Origin: Intoshia linei
Taxonomy: Eukaryota > Animalia > Orthonectida
DNA length: 45,789 nucleotides
Direction: 5' to 3'
NCBI GenBank assembly: GCA_001642005.1
Contig: LWCA01000156.1
Span: 1-45,789, forward strand
Both the position numbers and the translations under genes were made by a program. Positions within the stretch are counted from its first letter, which is position 1. Each line of letters begins with the position of its first letter. This document shows, piece by piece, positions 13,801-25,334 of this stretch. The notes under the pieces are model-generated. The model did not search any database and was not told the DNA's origin. It was given only the letters and a program-made list of their open reading frames with translations.

Positions 13801-13997
13801 TTAAAAATATATTTTCAATGAAAGTAAATATTTGTTTTCCAAAGGAGTCGCTTTTTGGAAAAACTACATTTCTATTTCTTGCAATGAAATGCCAAGTTTT
13901 TACAAAAGACGAAAATGATTGTGCATCTAATAAACCTGATAAAAAAGATAATACTCATCATGTTAATATTGTTATTAAAATAAATATACCTGAATAA
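10892..13997 (+). CDS. DCTN4: Dynactin subunit 4 (p62), multi-exon
   Basis: Cys pattern LLACNYCNCIKSKDDVIHEPQILYCPKCFDN...FR|CKNCKFCSICRSIL...GCFICRET...LLDYWKR, and later VRYSLRCK|ECNHCVRRPDSNSSSAKL..FMPSI. Both match dynactin p62 zinc-binding motifs. Confidence 0.9.
12772..13109. mobile_element. hAT (Buster/Charlie-like) MITE in a DCTN4 intron; same family as 26777-27098
   Basis: Ends CAAGCCGGCAATC... / ...GTTGCTGACCCCTG, TSD ATTTTAGA/ATTTAAGA. The internal sequence is clearly homologous to 26777-27098. Confidence 0.8.
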
Positions 13998-14598
13998 AAT
14001 GTTAATTTAATATTGTCTTATGAAAATTGTATCGGTTCCTAAAATAGAAAATTAATTTTTTTTAGAGATTTCTCTTGGGGTTTCATTTTTCAACATTGAA
14101 TATTAAAAAATTATATTTTTGAATGTAATTTCTATTTGTGTTAATTTAATATATCAAGTGAAGAGTCTTGTGTATCTACTAAGGTTGCTATGGATATATG
14201 ACATTACGCCACGTAGACGAAAAAAATTTTTAAGCCTATTTTTCATTTTCGGATGCTTGATGTTTGGCTTTGCAACAATCATTTCATCAAGTTTTTACTA
14301 ACAAATTATCAACTAAAAAGGTTTTTGAACTTTATAAACATCAATACTATTTTTCTTTGCCATGCCATGAATTATGGCCATGATATAGCACAATTTGATG
14401 TTAAAAAATTTTAAAACCGTCATTTTTATTATTTATTCAATTCAAAAACCAGAAAATTTGAGCCTACTTTTTGTTACCTCATTTATCGTTAATTATTATT
14501 TTATTTCCAGAAAGTTTTTTCAAATTTATGTCACAGTAAATTGTAGTTGTAAAAATTAGTTAAAATAACCCTGCCCTAATGCATTATATTAAAAATTA

Positions 14599-16863
14599 TT
14601 ATATAAAATACAATCTGTAAATACAAATATATTTTATTAAAACAATGTATTGGGACATTTTTTCTAGTATTATATATAAATTGGATCGTTGAATATTTTC
14701 GTTAAACATTATTTCTTCCATTTTGTTATCACCACTTAGATATTTGCTAATTCTGAAATATATTAATATGCATTTCAAATACGATTGAATACCGTGTAAA
14801 TATTTTGAATTCTTCCTTGGTATAAAAGCTTTCAGTGTATTCTGTGAAACTTTTCGTTGTTTCTAATATAAAATTTGAAATAATTAATAATTGTAAAGGT
14901 ATATAATCTAAATATGTTAAAAGAAAAAACCTTTTAAATTTGTGTCAAAACGGGTTAATACTGGATATGTAAAAATTTGTTTAATATATTCATTTTTAAG
15001 GTAAAATTCTGTAATTTCAATATTTTTTTTCTAAAATTTTAAACATTCATTCATGTATTACATATTTTAATTGTTATGTTATTATTATACACATCACGAT
15101 TATAAATTATATAATCATACTGTATCATTATTTTCATTATAGACGAATAAATTTGAATTGATTTGAAAGTTTTTAATAATATCACATGCGTTCCAGCTTG
15201 TACACATTTTTGTAGTTTGTTCTTTAATAAATCTAGAAATGTTTATGGATACTATTTGTACATGGAAGTACCGAAAATTGTCATAATAAACAATATATTC
15301 GTTCAGTGCGCAAATGGGGTAAATAATAGCTGCTTTATTAAGATCTACCAAGCGTTTCATCAACCTTAAAGTCTAAAGTGACTTTATTTATTTATTTACC
15401 AAAGTAAAAATAAAAAAATACATGTAAATACAATAACAATTGTTTAATATTACAATGTATTACGTATGCAATCGGCAGGTTATTATTTGCAGCAAGGGTG
15501 TACGCGCTCATTGTTGAAGTAACTGAATTTAGCAACTTTAGATACATGTTTTTGCAAACAAAAGGTACTCGTTCTAGTATGTACCCAAGGGGTTCAAACA
15601 ATAACAACGTTTCGTAATATCTAATATATGAGTTTATCCAAAATAAAATTACTTGATAGTTTTTTTTAAATGTTTTTTTTGGTAAATATATGTAAAAGTT
15701 GCGTAACCATTCAATCGAATAGTCACATCCCCATGTAAAATGGTCCTAATAAAATATAACTATTAATGAAAATAGATAGTGTATAAACTCGTAAAAAATT
15801 TGTTTGGTCCATTCAGCTAGTTTGCACAAAATAATACTCTTTCTAAAGAAATCAATTTCTCCGTTATTTCGGTAGATATCATTAGAAATACATTTCTGTC
15901 GAGATAAAAAGAGACATCTATTTTCCTCCAATTCTATCGAGACAACCATGTGTTCAGCAAGATTAATATACTCACGAATATTAACATTATCTATTTTAAA
16001 CTAATTTCATTGTAATATATCAAATTAGTAAAAACATCTTTACCTTCATGGCAAAAACCACAGAAATAATGTTTATTGGGTTTATAATTTTTTTTGCTCC
16101 CTTTTTGTAAGGTGTTTCAAAAATTCTTTGAAATCCAAAATAGTAGACATTATTAATTTTACAATTTATCACTCGTCGTTTTTCGCTATTTGTCCGTAAC
16201 AATTTAGTCAGTTTTACATCACTCACACTGAAATTTGAAATAAAAAACATAAAAATAACGAACCATCTATCTGTAGGAATACAAACAAAACCTTCAGAGA
16301 AAACTTTAGATTTTTGAAAAAGTTTATATGGTTGATTAACTAAATATAATATTTGTTTATTCAAATTTCAATACAGGTATGGCTCATGTCAAATTAATTT
16401 CACAGTATCTTAATTGCTCTATTTTTATTTCGATATAATCCAGGTCTCAAATTAATTAACAATAAATGTAAATAAAAAATTAGGTAAAGTTTCTCAACGA
16501 AATTGTTTTAGCATCGATTTGAATGTCTTAGGTCAAAATCCTACATTGGTCTTTGTCTCAGTTTTTTATTAAAAAATATAAAATATTTATAGCTAGTCAA
16601 CCTAGCTAGCTTTCGTATAAAATACATTGAAAAAGACAAATGGCGCCATGACTATAAAGTGTTAAGAACGACTGGTGTCATTTTCTCCTAATTATATAAT
16701 GTTAGAGGTTAAATATACAAATTCTGATGGGAAGTTAAATGTTTATCTCTTCATGCATATTTTTTGAAATAAAACCGTTATCCTTGTATGGATATTTGAA
16801 AAAGACGTCTGAATCCCGATCACAATTACAAGTAAGATATATTGTATGTGGTACATGTTCCAT
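14599..16863 (-). CDS. NPRL3: GATOR1 subunit NPRL3, multi-exon
   Basis: MEHVPHTIYLTCNCDRDSDVFFKYPY; INCKINNVYYFG..SVVFAMK; IELEENRCLFLSRQ; ILCKLAEWTK; LNKAAIIYPICALNEY; FKIFTRISKYLSGDNKMEEIMFNENIQRSNL. All match NPRL3 motifs in the expected order. Confidence 0.88.
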
Positions 16864-17410
16864 AAATTTCTTCATTACTTAAATGTTAAGAATAAACATA
16901 AGTTTATTAACAATGGAGTAGAAGAATATTTATTTACAAGAATTGTTAAATTCTCTTTCAGCAATGAAATTTACGTTTTACTTAATTACCGGCCCTAAAC
17001 AGAGATTTGTAAAATAGATATGAAAATAATAATTTTTTACTACATATTTACATGTTAGTTGATAAATGCTTATCAAACATGGATCCACTATATTTTATAA
17101 TTATACAAATTTATTGACTTAATTAATGATTTAATGGTTCTTTTGGAAATATTGACATTAAATTCAGAATACAGTTTATTTCTTTATTAGTAATAAATTA
17201 TTACCTTTGAAGTTTCATAAAACTGTACAGATAAAGTTTTGTTTAAAGTATATTTTTGCTGTGGTGACAAATATAGCACAAAAATTTCAAGTCGTCGTTT
17301 GTTTCCAAAATTCACGCAATTTATTTAGTAAATCTATTGTACGCAACTTCTAACAATTACTCATGGCGGAACGACGCTTACATTTTTAAATAGAAACTTA
17401 ATTTATAAAT

Positions 17411-18743
17411 ATGAATATTCTACCAAAAAAAAAGTAATGATATGTATTGCATTTTTCATCAAAATATAGTTGGCATGTACGCCGTAAAGAAAATGTAGCT
17501 AAAGTAAGAAAAGACGAAAGAGAAGCAGCGGCTTTAGAAGTAGTAGATAATGAAAGAAAAACTAATTATGTAATTTTTTATTTTTATATTTAGTCTGTGT
17601 TTCACACCTGTGCAACATGGCTAACGCTATCTATAGATTAATTAACGATATACCATCAGATTTTTTTAATGGCATAATAATTAAAGTAATTTTAAAACTG
17701 TACAGTTAATGAAAGCTATATAGGAAAAACTAATTGATACTAACTCTAAGAGATTTTTATTTATATTAAATTTTATCATAATAATAAATATTCTCAAACT
17801 GTAAAATCGAACGGTATTATTAATGTTTTACAATTTTGTCATATTTAAATAATTTTTATTAGAAAAAAGAAAGTAAAATGCAGGAATTACGCAAAAAATC
17901 TAAAACGAATGAAAAATCAGAGCCCAATTCTAGTTATGATGTTGATGAAAATATAAAAAGACATTTCAATTTTTTTGATAATTGCGACAACACTGTAATT
18001 TTACATTGTACCTCCAATGGCAGTTTAATTTATCTCATTTATAATTTAAAAATTTTAATAATTTTGTTTATTTTGCCATGATTCTATATAATCTTTTTTG
18101 AGAAAATATAAAATTTTAGATTAACACCAAAGGAAACAAGGAATTTGAGAAAGATGCCAAAAAGGATTTAGAAGCTGTAGATAGAAAAATTGGAGTTTTG
18201 ACATATCTTGGTCAAAGTGTAATAGAATCACAAAGTAATTGTCTAGTTTTGTATTGTAAAAAATTTAGAATCAAAGAGATGGTTTGAAAATATTCCTACC
18301 GATAGAAAAGATTTAAGCATCAGAGAACTGTAATTAAAGTTTTAATACTTAATATGCAATAATATTATAGTGATGAAATTAAAGATGCTTCACATAAATC
18401 AAGGCGTGATCCCTTAAATTCAATCAAAGCGTATGAAAAATTTTTGGAAGCTGATAAATTAAAAAATAACAATTTTTTAAAACCTCGTTTAGAAAATGAA
18501 TATATTCCAAATGATTCAATCGTTACTACACATAGTAAACGCAAACATAGATGTTGCAAGAAAAAACGTAAAGATAAAACAACTAAACCGACCATACAAG
18601 AATTACGACAGAATAGAATTGATAGAGAAAAACAAGAACACTTTCGGGAAGCGGAATTAATCAAATATAATCGGGTTACTAAAAGAAGATACTATTCAGA
18701 TGACAGAAAACGACCCTACCATAGTGCTTATTTCAAAAAGTAA
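17411..18743 (+). CDS. LENG1: Leukocyte receptor cluster member 1 homolog (Cir_N domain), multi-exon
   Basis: MNILPKK(N)|WHVRRKENVAKVRKDERE; HFNFF; IGVLTYLGQS; RRDPL; TIQELRQNRIDREKQEHFREAEL; YHSAYF. Confidence 0.92.
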
Positions 18744-18792
18744 AATATTTCTGTGTATATTAAAATACTTTTTATTTTGATATTATATAATA

Positions 18793-18890
18793 CTAGCTTG
18801 ACTGTTTTGTGTTATGTACAAACAGCACCTAGCTCTGCTGAGGGCACATTCTTATTATACCAAAAAAATAAATTTACGTTGAAAATCAAA
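18793..18890 (-). mobile_element. Helitron 3' terminus (family shared with 26370-26464, 34635 and 11575-11597)
   Basis: A|CTAGCTTGACTGTTTTGTGTTATGTACAAACAGCACCTAGCTCTGCTGAGGGCAC is the reverse complement of a CTAG|T end and is homologous to the other copies. Confidence 0.7.
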
Positions 18891-19304
18891 GTATTATTTT
18901 GGTGATTCAGATTTGTTACAAAGGTAAAAAATCACGTTTTGTTTCATGTTTACAACATGAAATTTTCGATAAAAATTCTATAGTGTATATTTGATTCACC
19001 TTTTAGTAAATATTTGAGAAAAAAAAAAATAAATATACAGATATTTAAAATATTGACAAAGTGACAAAGTGGCTACCATAATATTACTATGTAATTCAGA
19101 TTTTAATTTAATGGTTAACGAAATTTTTATATTATTCTTGAAATTAAATTTATAGATTAGCTAAAAGCAATAAGTGTTAAACAAAAATGGATTATTAACC
19201 TAAATATAACTATTAACTATGTTATAGCAACTATCTCTAAAAGTGTAAACATTATTCTTGTTTATTATGTTCTATTCCAGAAAAAGTGAAATTTAACTCA
19301 GACT

Positions 19305-22300
19305 ATGGATATAAACCGAGAAAATGAAAATTCAGAACTTTACGAAGTCCCAGAAAACATTGTACATGTAGATATTGAATCTACTCAAGGTATTGTTAGC
19401 TATATGTCATCGTTTGATACCCATTAGGTGTGTATCGTATGATACCCATACTCTGTTCAATAATATAACGTAGTTAATTTAAGAGTTAACACCTAAAGTT
19501 TAACTAGTGAAGCATCTGCAAAGGTTTGAGAGTGGTTGTTTAGAAAATTCACCAATTTGAATCATAAAACATTGATATATGAATGGATTAGCTAGTTTAC
19601 AATTGAATTTAAAGTTCAGCAATGCATATTGTACATTTTGACGTATTCAACATAATCGACTTTCGGTTTGATTCGGCTCCTTACACTATAATCGTCGTTA
19701 CATTTATATGGTCACTTTTACTTACTCTCTTCTTCAAACTCATTTTGGGCTCGTCGTTGCCGGTGTTTTTAATATTTTCTTTTTCATGTTATTTAAATTA
19801 TTAATTATCTGTATACAGTATTAAATAAATTTCCAATTTCGTGAATTAGATATTTATGTCAATGTTGATAATACATTTTTAGTCTGATAAGGAAATTCCC
19901 TGGTAATATGGTAAAAAAGTGAATATTTGTGAAAAATGAGCTGTTACGAAGAAATGTGAAAAAGAGAAAGTAAATAAGTAATAAAATGAATAAAAATGAC
20001 ATAAAAATTTAACATTACATTATAATAATTATAATTATTGTGGAGACGATTATTTTGATCTTATCAAATTTATACTAAAAATTTAAAATAAACTTGTAAC
20101 AGGTAACATTCCCAGACGAAAAGAGATTTTTACTCGACGGTCCGGATGGATGTCGAAAATATTGGGCAAAACACAATGAGATTTGAGAATTTTTCGGAAA
20201 AAAACTATTCTCGAAAAGCATTGTGGTATGGGCAGGAATAGGATTAAACGGTAACACATCTATTTTACCAACCAAAATGTAAATTCAGATGTATATATAG
20301 ACATATTGACCAAATCCTATCTTTCTTTTCATCAAAATGATTTTATATTGATGCAGGATAACGCCAGACCTCATGTTTCAAAAAAAGTATGGGGTTTATA
20401 TGTGAAAATAACATACAAGTTCTTGATTGGCCACCATACAGTCCTGATTGCAATCCCATTGAGAACCTTTGGGCTATAATGGTTCGTCGACTATACCCTG
20501 GAACTAAAGTGTATCATAATAATATCGAATTAAAGGCAGAAATTAAATGTATATGGGATGCCTTTGACATACAGGAAATAAAAAAATTGGTAGAATCATT
20601 TCCCTCAAGATTAGTCGAAGTGTTAGAAGCAACAGAAAGAAATATAACCAAGTATTAAAATTGTTGTTATATATAAATAAATTACCTTTTTTATATCTTT
20701 TATGCGTTTTTCACATAGTTTTGAGACACATATTTCAAAGTTTAAATTTAATTGTTAGTTATTTAGTTAATTTATTGATGGAATTTCTCGAAATTTTTAA
20801 TACAAGTTAATAATCAGTATTATATTAAGATATAAATCAAAATATATAATTATAAGTTTAATAAATATATTTAATTGTAAAAACTGGATTTTTTACATAG
20901 TTTTGCGGTGTAGTTTATTAAAAATTCATCGGGAATGCGCAAATTTCGCGGGTTGAAAGTTTGTATTTATATTAACTGGAATAAGCTCTATCAGAATAAT
21001 CTTTTTTTTAATATCGGACCGTTAAATTAGTTCACATTTTTTGTTTTAATAAAATATTTCGGAAAAAATATATATGAATACTAAAATGCTTTTTTGACCG
21101 TGATGTCGTCACTTATTCGGATTGAAATTTTTTGTGTGTGTTAACAGGATACAACTGTACCACCTGTAAATTTTTTAAACTTTAGGGCTGTTTTCATTAA
21201 AAAAAGAAGAGTAATTTAGGGTTTTGGCCCTGAAGATATTATTTTTTTAAATTTAAATTTATGATAATGTTTATGATTTTAAAATCCGTATCAGCGTATA
21301 TATTTTTTTAAATTCTCGAACTCGTTTGATTTTCAAAAAAAAGACAATTGGGATATATATTTTTTTAAATTCTCCAACTCGTTTGATTTTCAAAAAGAGG
21401 GACAATAATATTTTTTTAAATTTTCCAATTCGTTTGATTTTAAAAAAACAAGTAACAAGTTGATTAAAAAAAAGGACAATTGGGGTTTTTGACTCGTAAG
21501 ATGTGAGTTTGGAAGGTTGAAATTTTGTTTTGCGAACACCCCCGGAAAAAACTGTAATTGAAATATAAACTTTATAAAATTTTAAGACGGGTAGTTATTT
21601 AAATAAAGCTGACACATACACACAAAAATCGCGTAGCATATTATATAAGTTAGGAGTCATAACTTATTAGAACTACATATTAGCATGAATATTTAGATCG
21701 CTGGAAATACGGCCGTATTTCAAATTTGGACGACTTCTTTAGACGAGTATATCATTTTCACCAAAAAAATGGATTATATTGCATCATATTGGAAGAATTT
21801 CTTCAAATTGTGTAATTTATATTTAATTAGTGTTGTTTATTGTTTATATTAAAATTTATCTAAAAATTTAGACAAATCATGTTTATCGCATTTATCGTTG
21901 TATTCTTTACTAATTGTATCAATTATGATATTTTGTTTGGAAATACGACAGAAATGTTTCACCACAACGCTACAATATCTTTTGTAATTTACAATTCAAG
22001 TCAATGCCATGCTAGGTAGTGAATAATATAATATAATGATGTATTTATAGAATGGGCGGATGGTCAAAATTGTTCATAACATTAATTACATTCATTTGTT
22101 TATATCGTATTCTCACTTTTTTTTTTGATATTTACAAATTTCTGGACATTCGTGATTTCTATAGAAGCATGTTAAACATCAGTGACGTTGAAAATAAAAC
22201 ATGGTATGAAATATTGAGAAAAATTCTACATTTACAGAGTGAAATGGAATTTGCTGTTCACGGACACGGGATAAATGAATTGGATGTATATATGCGAATT

Positions 22301-24121
22301 TTAAGATACAAGAATTATTTAGTGGGTTTAGCAAACAAAAAAGTACTACCTGATACTCTGAATATACCTATATTGGGAACGACAAGTATTTGGACACCAA
22401 ATTTAAAATACAACATGGAAATGTTACTATTTTGGGGTCCTAAATCAATTTTTTCCAACGGTTGGCAAATGCGCAACGAAATTAAATCACCAAATTTGAG
22501 GTTTCAGAATGCGGCTGAATTGGAAAGACAAATTTTGTTATTAGCTCTAATCAATATTCTTTTAATGCCATTTGTCTTTGTTTGGCAATGTCTTTACTCG
22601 TTCTTACGTTATGCAGAAACTATCAAGCGAGAACCTACATTTATTGCCGGCCGCAATTGGTCTATTTATTCCAGATTACATCTAAGACACTTTAATGAAC
22701 TCGACCATGAATTTAATGCCAGATTAAATCGTGCATACCATCTGAGTGTGCGATACATGTCAATGTTTAAAACTCTCATGTTTGTTGTTTTGTTTAAATA
22801 TATTGCATTTTTCTCTGGATCACTTTTATCCATTTTATTATTACTAACAATGTATGATAGTGATGTGCTCAACGTTGAAAATATTATTGGTGTCATGTCA
22901 TTGTTGGCCATAATAGCTTCCGTTAGCCGTGGAGCAATACCCAATGAATTTCAAATTTTCTGCCCAGAACTAACTATGCGAAGTATATTATCTCATGTTT
23001 CATATATCCCACAAAGATGGCGTGGACGAGCACATGATCTCAGAGTTAAATCTGAATTTTCATTATTATTTCAATTGAAAATTTTTAATTTGTTGGCACA
23101 GTTAGTAAGTCCACTTACTACACCTTTTATTCTTTTATTTTTGATTAGACCCCGTTCTCTAAAAATTATAGATTTTTTTAGAAATTATACAGATAACATT
23201 ATGGGTGTCGGCGATGTTTGCACTTTTTCAAAAATGTGTTTAAAATCAAACGGAGATAACGATTTCCATTCTAAAGAAGTAAATACGCAAAATACATTTA
23301 AAGCAAATGATGGTAAATTGGAACATTCTCTAGTACATTTCTCTTTGTCTAATCCTTTGTGGAAATCAAAACAATTGGAACATAGTTTCATTGTAAAGAC
23401 TAGAAACAATATGAAATCCATGATTTATGATTTACAAGTTGATCCAATGGATCAATCTGTGCTTAATATGATGAAAAAACCTCATGACTTTGATAAAAAT
23501 ATAGCATTTAATTACAGTCAAAATATGGCAAGTATGAGAAAGTCAAATACTAAATTTATTGGCGACTTGAAAGCATTGGATATTGATTATAATGATATTG
23601 ATTTAAATGAAGAATATGACGTAGATTTAAAAGTGGACCAAGATTTAATGTCAGCTTCTCTAAATTCTGATCTTTCCATTTTTAAACCAAACTCTGCTTT
23701 ATCGAAAAAGATGCCGTCTATAGGGTTTAAAAAAATTGAGCAGGATAAATTGATGCAAGAAAAATTAAAACAAGATAAAATTAAACTCGAAAAAATTGAA
23801 AAAGCAAAAGAGTTAAATTTTAATGTAACAAATATTGATGAATTGTCACCCGGTATGTTGGATATTGAAGAATTAAAATCTATCGGTTCTTCTAAAACAG
23901 CTTCAAAAAATTATGTTACAGCTTGTGAATCTGGTGATGAATCAATGGATAGTCAAATACACTTTAGTGTTTACAATAACTATGCAATTGATTTAATGTC
24001 CAATGATATGTGTCTCTCGTCCCTTTATTTGCATAATACAAGAGAAAAAAATAATTTTAAAACTAAAAACAAGAAAAAACCCAAAGATAAACCAACTGAG
24101 CATTTGGATGATGAAATTTAA
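19305..24121 (+). CDS. ATG9: Autophagy-related protein 9
   Basis: Exons 19305-19389, 21697-21811, 21872-22015 and 22051-24121. Motifs: IVHV..|ISNLDDFFRRVYHFHQKNGL, NCINYDILF, ELDVYMRILRYKNYLV, HFNELDHEFNARLNRAY, IIDFFRNYT..GVGDVCTFS, DGKLEHSLVHF. Confidence 0.97.
20095..20914 (+). mobile_element. Tc1/Tc3-like transposon relic (DD34E catalytic region and right end) in ATG9 intron 1
   Basis: Frameshifted FPDEKRFLLDGPDG..VVWAGIG..MQDNARPH..WPPYSPDCNPIENLW. The terminal direct repeats TTTT(C/T)ACATAGTTTTG lie near 20708 and 20891. Confidence 0.88.
21035..21655 (-). mobile_element. Non-autonomous Helitron, 5' portion with internal minisatellite
   Basis: The minus strand starts TCCTAACTTATATAATATGCTACGCG..TGTGTGTATGTGTC and is homologous to 34834-35217. 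It carries about three copies of a ~55-bp unit TTTTTAAATTCTC.AACTCGTTTGATTTTCAAAAA. Confidence 0.7.
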
Positions 24122-24485
24122 ATTTATTTCTCATTGTATCATTTGTAATAAAATAATATTAAAATTTTGACACATTTTTTGTTTTTGGAATTGTTCAAAT
24201 ATATTTTTATATATATTTAATTCTTAAAAGAAAAGTTGCTAAAAATGTGCCTCTGTGCAAATATTTATTTAGAAATCTCATCTCAAAAATTTAAAAAACA
24301 CAATTCCAACTAACTTTTTTCCAAATCAGAAATTTAGATTATTTAAACTCACAATTTCCATCTTTATGTTCAAAACATCAATTATCTTTTTTTAAAAATG
24401 AGATAATATGAAAAAAAATAAAGATTATGTAACTTACACTGAAATTTACAAATTAAATAGTTTAATAGCCATATTACAGTATATA

Positions 24486-25191
24486 CAAACTAATTCCTCG
24501 TTAACGGAATTTTTTATATATAATATAAGCATTAAAACAGTGGTTTCCGATTGGGGACCAAAATTATATGCCTGGGGACCCGTGAGATTCAAATAAAATA
24601 TAGAAAAATTGACTTTTAGCTATACTTTTTGAAAAATCCGATTTAACGACACATTATAAAAAAATTCGCTTAAACCACAAAATAAAAATCCAATTTTACC
24701 AACCCTCAATCCACTTTTTCCAATAATGTTTTGAAAAACACGATTTTACTAAAATCTATGATGAAAACTTTTTAATTTTTTCATCAATGTTTTATATATC
24801 ATGTTTCCCTTGGGGTCCAAAAAATAAATATTTTGAAATGGGGTCCGTACTACGAACTTAGGACTCTATTTAAACCGAGAACCACATGCATTAAAACAAT
24901 GAAAAAATTTTGATTTTCATTGCACTTAACCTATATTTGCAGGTCATTTCATTTCATATAATTAATAAACAACCATTATTATCATCATTAATCAAGAAGA
25001 AAATGAATTATTTTACGTACCTTAAGCTTTTAATTTTAATCGAAAAGCTAACTTTAGTATAATTATGATGATAGTCATTTTAATTTAAAATTTAACGAAA
25101 TTTTTGTAGTTTAGAAAAATTAACAATCCTTTATTAATAATCAGGAATTTTTTCCGTTAACGCGGAAATCCGTTAAATAGCAATTAGCCTG
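24486..25191. mobile_element. pogo/Tc-like MITE (TA TSD) carrying a nested hAT MITE
   Basis: TA|CAAACTAATTCCTCGTTAACGGA ... TCCGTTAAATAGCAATTAGCCTG|TA (18/23 match between the arms). Confidence 0.65.
24538..24888. mobile_element. hAT (Buster/Charlie-like) MITE
   Basis: CAGTGGTTTCCG... / ...CGAGAACCACATG, with a perfect TSD CATTAAAA (24530-24537, 24889-24896). Confidence 0.85.
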
Positions 25192-25334
25192 TATTAAGTA
25201 AATATTAATAACTTGCTTTTAACTAATTCTAATACATATGCCCATTTATAAAATTTTAAAATAAAAAAATAAATATTATTATTTATTAATAGTTTATGAT
25301 CTTAAATCACTTAAATTCTTCATGTTGAAATTAT

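Noticed and set aside
14119-14301. Short hydrophobic ORF between DCTN4 and NPRL3
   Set aside because: It has a non-ATG start, is AT-rich, and shows no recognisable homology or splice structure.
19415-19800. TGATACCCAT direct repeat and a possible minus-strand CxxC (KCTIC) zinc-finger remnant in ATG9 intron 1
   Set aside because: It is too short and degenerate to assign, and no matching partner terminus was found.
21301-21480. Repeated ~55-bp units as a possible CRISPR array
   Set aside because: There are no unique spacers and no cas genes, and the context is eukaryotic. It is a degenerate minisatellite inside a Helitron.
22666-23421. Antisense ORFs within ATG9 (and similar ones over LENG1, DCTN4 and the SLC16 gene)
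   Set aside because: These are shadow ORFs on the opposite strand of real coding exons, with no recognisable motifs.
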